From positions 1 to 16,782 of the forward strand of contig NW_021825082.1 of assembly GCF_006345805.1 (NCBI RefSeq): DNA of 16,782 nucleotides, read 5' to 3'. Under the pieces are notes generated by a model. That model did no database searches. It was not told the origin of the DNA and saw only the letters and a program-made list of their open reading frames with translations. Source of the DNA: Octopus sinensis. Lineage: Eukaryota. This document shows, in pieces, positions 8,537 to 16,782 of the stretch (its first letter is position 1; the number at the start of each line of letters is the position of its first letter). A program made the position numbers and the translations under genes.

Positions 8537-8574
8537 TCTCTGACGTTTCCAGCCTTCGCTGTTCGACAGAAAGA
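8537..8574 (-). ncRNA. Minimal type-I hammerhead-like motif (A6U core variant), probably in a Penelope-like 3' end (~8455-8620)
   Basis: Minus strand: TCTTT | CTGTCGA A | CAGC-gaag-GCTG | GAAA CGT C | AGAGA. It has a 5-bp stem I (one G-U), 4-bp stem II, palindromic ACGT stem III and a GUC cleavage triplet (cut between 8542 and 8541). Confidence 0.6.
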
Positions 8575-9412
8575 ACTGAGAAGGAAAAAATGGATGGAGA
8601 CCGAAAAAAGATGGACGAGTAAAAACTTTGTAGGGATAAACAGTCCAACATGGTGTAATGAAGATGTAATTAGAAATGTACAATATCCGGCACTCTGGAA
8701 GGAACAGATTACTCCTTTGCGATCTTTTTTCCACAATTACTTCTAGCAGTTCGTAAAAGTAAGATGGTTTCCATAAATGAAGCTTGTACACACAGGTTTT
8801 TCTATTTGTAATCAATGAAAAGTTTTACGTACGTATATCATTCACTTGAAAATGATTGCAATTTCCCCTGGGGTCTCCTCTTGTAACATCGATGAATAGG
8901 TGTCAAGGACAAAGTTTCAGTCGATGCGAATAGAATACTTTGAGTCCGGAGTCACCAAACAGACCAATATATATTAATATCAGCATCTTGGTCTACCCGC
9001 GGGTGAATATTTGACGCTCAAATGGAATTCAAATGATGAATACAGAATATCGTCTGGAAACAATGTTTAAAAAGTAATCTTCTGAGAATGGTAAATGTTT
9101 TTGAATATATATAATACCGAGATGGCAGAAAATAGAATATATGCTTAAAATAAACTCATTTAACGAAGTAATGAACGTTTGTTTATTAAGACCTAATATA
9201 ACATGAAATTTTCTAAAAGAGAAGACGGAGCTGAATTTAATTACATGAGCTTCCATTTCTTTTAAAGTCACTCTGTATTAAAGCTAAGTACGTTTAAATT
9301 AAAAGAAGAATTTTAAATGAACAAATTCAGCTTTTTTTTTCCAGTTTTATTGCCAGTAAGAGCAAAATACCACTTCTAATGCCATCACCATATACATACA
9401 CATATATATGGG

Positions 9413-9426
9413 GACACACACACACA

Positions 9427-9465
<39 letters not shown>

Positions 9466-9476
9466 GCACGCACACC
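9413..9476. repeat. (CA)n-(TA)n microsatellite
   Basis: Direct inspection. Confidence 0.9.
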
Positions 9477-10029
9477 CGAATATGTGTATGTACAGGTGTA
9501 TACTGGAGTATTCGGAAATAACGCATTTCGCTGCAAAGATTTGTTGGGTTAAAATGGAATTTAGAGCATGACAATACTTGAATGGTAGGAAACGAGGTCT
9601 AGACATATTTTAACCAGTTCTTGTATCCAACAGTGCATCGTTTAAAGTGTAGTGTTTTGTTCCGTGTAAGAAGAAAACTTATCAGTGCAATATATTCGTC
9701 ATTGCTTACTAAATGCATTCCGATAGAGTACAATAAAAACGCAATAATAATCACAGGAGGTATATATCGTGATGTAGGGCGCTCAAAACCGAACATAGTT
9801 TTATATATGTTAAGAGTGCAATTATGTCACTGAAACGAACCATTTTACATAATGTTATAACGATTTAGACAGAAGAGGTGTCACGGAATGTATCTTGTAA
9901 TATTGTCTGTGAATATATGACGGGAATTGAGAAAAAGTCACCAAATGGACGAATTTATTTTCTCACTAGAAAATAAGGGGCCACCAGCATATGAGTGTTT
10001 GCGTTCAAATAGGATCCAACTACTCTTCC

Positions 10030-10100
10030 AGAGAGAGGGAGGACAGGGAGAGTGACAGAGAGACAGAGGCAGAAAAACAGAGTGAAGGAGAGACAGAAAT

Positions 10101-10145
<45 letters not shown>
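10030..10145. repeat. (GA)n / GA-rich tract
   Basis: Direct inspection. Confidence 0.9.
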
Positions 10146-10663
10146 AGGACTCAACATCACTCCCTGGTGAGCAATGTATGATGTTTAAATGTTATGGCTG
10201 GGATATCTATTTTGGTTCGCTGTGGATGTTTTGTCATTTGTTTATATTACATTTTGGTGTAGAGCTAAATATGAAATCAGATGCGTCAAATTCCGCTATT
10301 GGATAATGTTAAATCCATAGTTTATGTAACTACTCTACTCTGGTACCAGCACAACTTAATTTCAACAAAATTACATTTTCCCTCATTTCATGAACTGCAC
10401 TGTACTGATATTATATAAATCACAGTCCATCAGACAATATATACATTTATTCTTCACATAAATTTTCACATTTTCAAGAATATGCATCAGTTCTCTCTTT
10501 ACGATTGCAAATAGCCGATGAAGAAACCTTTCACCGAAAGAAACGATGACTTAATTTGATGACGGAATAAAAATGGGAAGCAAATATTTAAAAAGAATTT
10601 AAAAAGCCAATGCGTGAAACTGTGTCGAAGTATAGGAAATAAATTTATTAGTTTCTATCACAG

Positions 10664-10783
10664 ATCCTTTCTCAAATTACCGAAAAGCGAAACAAAGATA
10701 GGGAGAGGAAAATGTCTGTGATAGTTACTCCTGGAAACCATGCATGGAAATCAGACAGTGAAGAGAGCAGTTCCATAATTCAG
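10664..10783 (+). CDS. Candidate 120-nt phase 0-0 internal exon, ILSQITEKRNKDRERKMSVIVTPGNHAWKSDSEESSSIIQ; product unknown
   Basis: Acceptor TTTATTAGTTTCTATCACAG, donor CAG|GTAGTG, 40 open codons, purine- and GC-richer than flanks, with in-frame stops just outside. No homology recognised. Confidence 0.4.
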
Positions 10784-11429
10784 GTAGTGAATCAAGAATA
10801 TTTAATTAATTAAGTTTACACCTGCAATGATGGTATTTGTCATTAACTTAATGATTTTACTTGCTCGTCACAACGGATAGAATTTTAATTAACTAAAGTT
10901 TCTTGGATAGCAGCGTCAATTATATTAACGAGAATATTATTAGTGAGTCTGAGTTTATAACTACAAGAATTTAGTAATGAATTACAATAACAAAAGAAGA
11001 TCTCCACCCGTTGGGAGCTTCAGGATTTAAATTGTAGCATCAGTGCAAAATAGCGAAGCGATTCAAAAAATGCTTTCTATTCATTTTTTGTAGCTTTCAC
11101 TGGTGCTGTGGTTTAGCAAATAAGTTAGTTTTTATTTAACAAAGAATGTCTAAATGTCATTCTCCCTTGAGGATCATGTAGTATTCTTTTTAACCTTTGT
11201 ATATCTTGCAGTAATTGTCCAAGAGATACTTTCGTTTTTCCTTTCCAAGGTGTTGTTTTGAGTGAGATTTCATCAATATTTCTAACATGCTGTTTAATTC
11301 CAAGAAGGATATTTCCTTTGCTTTTACACACAATGTTAAAAGCAATGAAGAGGTACACATAGAATTTCAGAACTTGTAGAGTGTACATTCAGCAATATAT
11401 TCAAATAACGTTGAACGTTTTGAAGTATC

Positions 11430-11628
11430 GGTTTCAAAGTTTGGTACAAGTCCAGCAAATTCTAGTGGGGAGGGGTAACTCGATGACATCTATCCCAGTG
11501 ATGAAATGGTATATATTTCATCGCCCACAAAGGGTCCACGGTGGAATCTGACCTCAGAACATGAGGAGGGACGAAACGCCGGTAAGTATATGCTCGGCAT
11601 GCTATCAATTCTCTCAGGTCACCGACTT
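11430..11628 (-). mobile_element. Old, diverged SINE related to family D
   Basis: Collinear with 5170-5333 (CGAT.ACATC, CCCAGTG, TGGTA, GGAAT.TGA.CTCAGAAC, CGAAA..CCG.TAAG). Confidence 0.65.
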
Positions 11629-11786
11629 AGACGTTTTGCAATATTGTTATCTTATGCTATAAAACCAATTTCAAACTCTAAAAGATCGCCATTCATAGTT
11701 TTCTGCCATGATTGATAAAATATATGGCAATGAATGTAGGGAATCATTGAGGAAACCAGTTCACATTAGACTGACATGCAAGAAAT

Positions 11787-11916
11787 ACCAGTGTTATATA
11801 TATATTATATATATATATATATATATTATATCTAGATATATATATAGATATATATATATATATGTTATATATAAATACATATATATTTATATATTTATAA
11901 TATATAATATATATAT

Positions 11917-11982
<66 letters not shown>

Positions 11983-12024
11983 ATAGTATATAATATATAT
12001 ATATATAATATATATATATATATA
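11787..12024. repeat. Long imperfect (TA)n
   Basis: Direct inspection. Confidence 0.95.
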
Positions 12025-12320
12025 TGGCCCAGTGGTTAGGGCAGCGGACTCGCGGTCGTAGGATCGCGGTTTCGATTCCCAGGCCGGGCGTTGTGATTGT
12101 TTATTGAGCGAAAACACCTAAAACTTCCACGAGGCTCCGGCAGGGGATGGTGATCCCTGCAGTACCCTTTCACCGCTCTTTCTCTCACTCTTGCTTCTGT
12201 TGGCCTGCTCGCTTAGCCAGCGGGGTGGCGTCATTCGGAGGCTAAAAGCAATGCGAACGCATTGTGACAGCGATGTGTTACAACATCTGATTGTCTGGTC
12301 GGTCACGTGATCACGTGATA
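12025..12320 (+). mobile_element. tRNA-derived SINE (family E) inserted in (TA)n
   Basis: A box TGGCCCAGTGG, B box GGTTTCGATTCC, GC-rich body, ending in TCACGTGATCACGTGA and then TA repeats. Confidence 0.8.
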
Positions 12321-13685
12321 TATATATATATATTATATATAATTAAGATTCAGTTAAATTAGGTACTTCAACTAAAGCATCAGTTGAGTCTGGTATTAAG
12401 GTAAATAAAATCAAAATAAGCAAAGGATATCAAGTAGTAATGCAGTACCATCGTTTCAAGCGGATCCACTTAATTGAAGAATGCAATCATCACATCAATT
12501 TAAATGCAGTGCTATCTTTAGCTTCACAAAATAAAGAATATTTTAGCAAGTAGGACACATAAATATAAGTTTTCTTAAATATTTTAGCAGTGTGAGAAGA
12601 TGGAAGAAATTCATGTTGTCGCTGTTGTAGCAAAAAATCGCTAAGAATAGAGTACGATTTCTTAGAATCACCTGGAGCATAATGGGGTCATAGGGCTGCA
12701 AGGGTTGTAATTCATTTCAAAATTTATTTATGTTTTTATCCTCTTTTAAATCTGAGACTGGAAGTCTGTGTCTATGTTGCATAAAGAACAAGAGTGGGTT
12801 GACAGCTCATGGCTAGCTAGGGTCATAAATATTTTCATATCCATCCCTTTTCTCCAAGAGAAAGGAAATAAGACATTAGGAAGAATGAATTTGATAGAAA
12901 TAACTGTCTATAAAAGGAGGCAGGTTAGGGGTAGACTTTAAATCAAGATGTTGATTGCCAGTTACAGGAGCAAGACACTAAGAATCACAAGATGCTAATA
13001 CATGAAAAACATTATTAAGAGAACCATGGGGGAACATTTATAAACAATATTGTTATGTTGTATAACAATAAAATTTAAGAATTCCAAAATGATATCATAA
13101 CCGAAATAGCCAAAAGGTGTCTATGTATCAATTATAAACATTAAAAAGGAAGATTATGTAGACACAGTTTAATGGCCATTCTTGTGCTTAATTAACTAAT
13201 TATTTGGTAGTTTCTATAAAGACAGCTCAAGGCACTGACATATAAAGTGTCTGGAAAGATATACATACTATCTTTTAATTTTATTAATTTAAGCCGTGAA
13301 TTAGAAGCGGAATGAGATAATGGTAATACATAGACAAATTTGAAGAAAAATTATAAAATCTAAAGTAAAAATATACAAATACTCGAAAAATATGTGCTGA
13401 TATAATTATGTGTAAGGTGTAAAATGATGACTAGAGATACATATAAAAAGAGGGTCTTTTAATACATATATATTCATGCACGCTCACACACGCATATATA
13501 TATATGCGCATGTATGCATATATACATACACACAAATATTTATACGCTTATGTAAATATAGTATAAGTATGATGCTTAGACCTAAATAATTGAAACATAT
13601 GAGTTTAAGAACAAGAAATATCACAATTTAAAAGTTAATAAGTACAGATATGAAAATAAGAAAACAAAATGACTAGAATTTGTAG

Positions 13686-14060
13686 AATATAATAGAATAT
13701 CCATTTTCCATCAGAAGTAATGATTTGACGCAAAAATCGTATTTTGCCAGTCGCGAAAGCAATAAGGAGAACACTTCGAAGCATCTGTATTTTTGAATCT
13801 CGTTCATTTGATGAGGAACAAACCTTATCTATTTTCTTGAATCTTCCAATTTTTTACAGGTGTCCAAAAACAGATGTACGAGATGCTTGGAGTTCTGATG
13901 AAAGTTTTCAAACTTTTGTTCTCGGATTTTGTTCAACCAAATCCTTTAATCCATCATGCCGAATAACTGATATTGGCCGACACCTTGGTTTAATTTCAAG
14001 ATTATCATCGCAAGAACGAGAGCTGTAACCCTTCACCACTATTTCCTCTCGATTGTTGTA
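13686..14060 (-). mobile_element. Decayed mariner transposase fragment (Hsmar1/cecropia-like), HTH to first catalytic Asp
   Basis: Minus-strand translation with 2 stops (13908-10, 13854-56) and 2 frameshifts: RSCDDNLEIKPRCRP..LKDLVEQNPRTKV*KLSSELQASRTSVFGHL*KIGRFKKIDK/FVPHQMNEIQKYRCFEVFSLLLSR..YDF/LRQIITSDGKWIFY. This matches the mariner WVPHEL and RIVTCDEKW motifs. Confidence 0.88.
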
Positions 14061-15883
14061 CTCCAAACTCTCAATGAAGAAAACCTACAGAAAGGGAATA
14101 CTATGAATTACATCCAGACGGTAATGAATTAAATCGTTAATGAAATGTATCACATCACAAAACGATTGATACGTCGGATTTTAAATCATTCTTATGATGT
14201 CTAAGAAAACATGGAATCTGATAGTGCTATCGTCTTCATAGCATTATTAAATACCATCGGTTAGAAATTTTAAGAAATCCATACTAGAAATAAGATTGAT
14301 ATGCAAAGTGTATACAATTTTTCTTTTGAAATTCTTTAAATACCAATTCGAATTTTTAACCCCGCCAGGTATTATGGAAGTGAATTTTCTTCCTTTTGTT
14401 AACTGTAATTGCTAGGGGAAAACGCATGTTTGGCAAAAGATTTTAATTGCTAATTCTTCTGGTGAAGAAATTGCGCCACCTGGTTTTGTATGTATATAGA
14501 TATCTCAAACATCACTACAGCACTCGACGGTATAGTTATATAAATACAGATTTGAAAAATGAAAAAGAAAAAAACAGAAAAAATGGAACAAATCGTATAT
14601 TTAGTTATTTTCATATTAACATGCTGACGTAGTAACGCATTCAAATATAAAACAATACAATATATATTTAGTACTAATGTGGAATACAATAATTATGTTC
14701 TTCGAAATGGCCATCAATGAAACTGGGAGCTCAATTACTGAGCAGAATTTCATTATCATGATCGAAGCGAAAAAGAAGAAAACCTTCATAAACGGATAAA
14801 AATCCCAAATAATGACATGATGGAAACATTGGAATTACTGTCTAGAGAATGGCAAACCTGGAAATGTGAAAGGAAATAAACCAATGAATAGCTGGAATGG
14901 CAATAGGATCACCAGAATAAATGAAACGGCTTCTATCTACTCTCCGTGTTGTAATTCGAATCTGCAGATCTAGAAGCCCCTATTAAATATATAATAGCAT
15001 GAATTTGTGTTATATACTTTAATTGGGGCCTGCGAAAGCCTCTCTCCGGAGATATTAAATCTCGCATATTATAGTCAGATAGCTATCTAACTGAAAACCG
15101 CCATCTCAATGAGGAAGGGACGTATTTAATAATGAATTCCATGATAAGCAAGGATTCCTTAGAGAAGAAGAGGATGGCCATGGAATGATCGCCTTTCATA
15201 GGAATCTGATCAATCAGGCCTGACCGAAGGTTGTATAATGGCACCAACAATATATCCATTTACTCAGAAGAAAGAGAGTAACAAGTGAAATTGATCTATT
15301 GATACGGCAGAGAAAAATAGGCGCAAATTTATCGGTATATGAAATCATCTTAATATTTCCCTCGTTGGTTTCCCATAATTTCAAGTGTCGAAATTCCCCG
15401 GTATTTCTGTTTGCTTATTCGTCCATTTTTAGTTGCATGTTCGTGTCTGAAAGATCTCCTGTGTTGTCTTCTACAAAACGATGTAACAATACTCAGAATA
15501 ATCCTTCAAAATACTTAGGCAGAAGCTAAAGGATGGATCAAGCTTTATCATCGCTTTTGGGCTGCCCACGTATAGATAATGTGGAAACCGGTCTCTGACT
15601 ATACGAATTACACATAAAAATAATTTATTAATTTGTGAGACAAAAACTGGGATAAACAACAGAAATGTCACGGATAGGAGTGGGCTTTTATTCGGACGCC
15701 AAATCTGCTAAACATACCAGTGAAATATCTTCTAAATCACTCATTACTTTTCCATATGAAGAAAAGTATAATGGAAATCGCAATTCAAGTCAAACCGCCA
15801 AAATAATGGTTGATCTAAACCAAAACGATTTTAATCGTCTTCTTGTTTGTTGAAATTTGACAAATTTATAAAGAGCCAAAAAC

Positions 15884-16355
15884 GGGTGTGTGGTACGATG
15901 TTCGCTTCCCAGCCACATGTTTCCGGTTTCTGTCCCACTGCACGTCACACTGACCAAATGCCTTCTACTATAGCCTCGGAGCAAACATTTTGAATAGAAG
16001 CCCGTCATGCATGTGTCAGTGTGTGTGTGATTGTGTGTGCCTGTGTGTATCTATATGTGAGAGTATCTAAGCGTGTGTTTCCACATAATCTCGGCTATAT
16101 AGGACTAGAGAAGGACTAGAGAAGAAGCCGGCTCACCCCACCCCCTTTGGTGAACGCCGTCACAAGTAAAAGTACAAGTAAGATTATATATAGATCTTCG
16201 TAATTTAGTAAATCTGCTAAAAGACCGACACAATAGAACTATGCTTAACAAAAAACAGAAAAGTTAGTTCTGGGGACGATTGTTTCGACCAAAACCCTTC
16301 CGGATGGTGCCCTAACATGGCCGCAGATCAATTTCTGAAAGCAAGAAGAAAAATA
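15884..16355 (+). mobile_element. Near full-length degenerate SINE (family A): head, internal (TG)n, 3' half
   Basis: 5' part homologous to 1205-1350, 3' part homologous to 7944-8160, separated by a TG-rich tract. Confidence 0.7.
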
Positions 16356-16679
16356 CAAAATGAAAAGGTAAAAACACAACATAAGTGAACTGAGACCAAG
16401 AGAGTGGTGTTCTGGCCATGAAAACAACGTTGGAAATTTCCCTTTGCCATCATTTAATCAGTTACGTGTTCTGTTTGCATTTGTCTTGTTCTAAATTGTA
16501 GTTTGTTAGTCCAAGTATAACTAACTGACAAATTTCAAATGAGAACAATTATCACATTTCTGTATTCATAGGAGAATTATACAAAGAGAGAAGAAAAGAA
16601 AAAAAATTAACATCTTGGATAAAGGACAGCAATTGCAAGAAAAAAATAAATAACGATTCATTAATAAATAAATATATGC

Positions 16680-16770
16680 ATTTCTCATTCTCTCTCTAAC
16701 TCTCACCCTATTCCTCACTCTCTCACTTTCTCCATCCCTAGTTCATTCTCTCTCTCTCGATCTTTGTCTC
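16680..16770. repeat. CT-rich degenerate repeat
   Basis: Direct inspection. Confidence 0.8.
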
Positions 16771-16782
16771 TTCGCGGTCTAT

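Noticed and set aside
8963-8971. YIG tripeptide upstream of the minus-strand hammerhead as a GIY-YIG remnant
   Set aside because: No GIY half or Cys pair at the proper spacing; too short to support.
11125-11388. 87-aa minus-strand ORF with protein-like composition
   Set aside because: No convincing splice signals or recognisable motif; left uncalled.
14084-14110. Strong-looking minus-strand splice acceptor (TTCCCTTTCTGTAG)
   Set aside because: The downstream frame is the decayed mariner with stops, so it is not a host exon.

Overview
AT-rich, microsatellite-dense, almost entirely non-coding eukaryotic DNA. The SINE families and the (TA)n/(GATA)n/(CA)n landscape look like octopus (coleoid cephalopod) genome; this is my recognition, not a database result. 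Nearly all ORFs in the track are microsatellite or antisense artefacts. Supportable content: about ten tRNA-type SINE copies or fragments from several families (one monomer and one dimer with clear target-site duplications), a decayed Hsmar1-like mariner transposase fragment (minus strand, ~13686-14060), and two low-confidence candidate plus-strand exons. The most unusual structures are two unrelated near-perfect long palindromes (2337-3036, ~700 bp; 5424-5644, 221 bp). Both have AGTA...TACT ends, ATA/TAT 3-bp flanks and 21-22 nt spacers. Minimal type-I hammerhead-ribozyme-like motifs with non-canonical cores also occur: one in each arm of the large palindrome (U3-A8 core) and one at 8537-8574 (U6 core, GUC site). 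These point to Penelope-like retroelement 3' ends.
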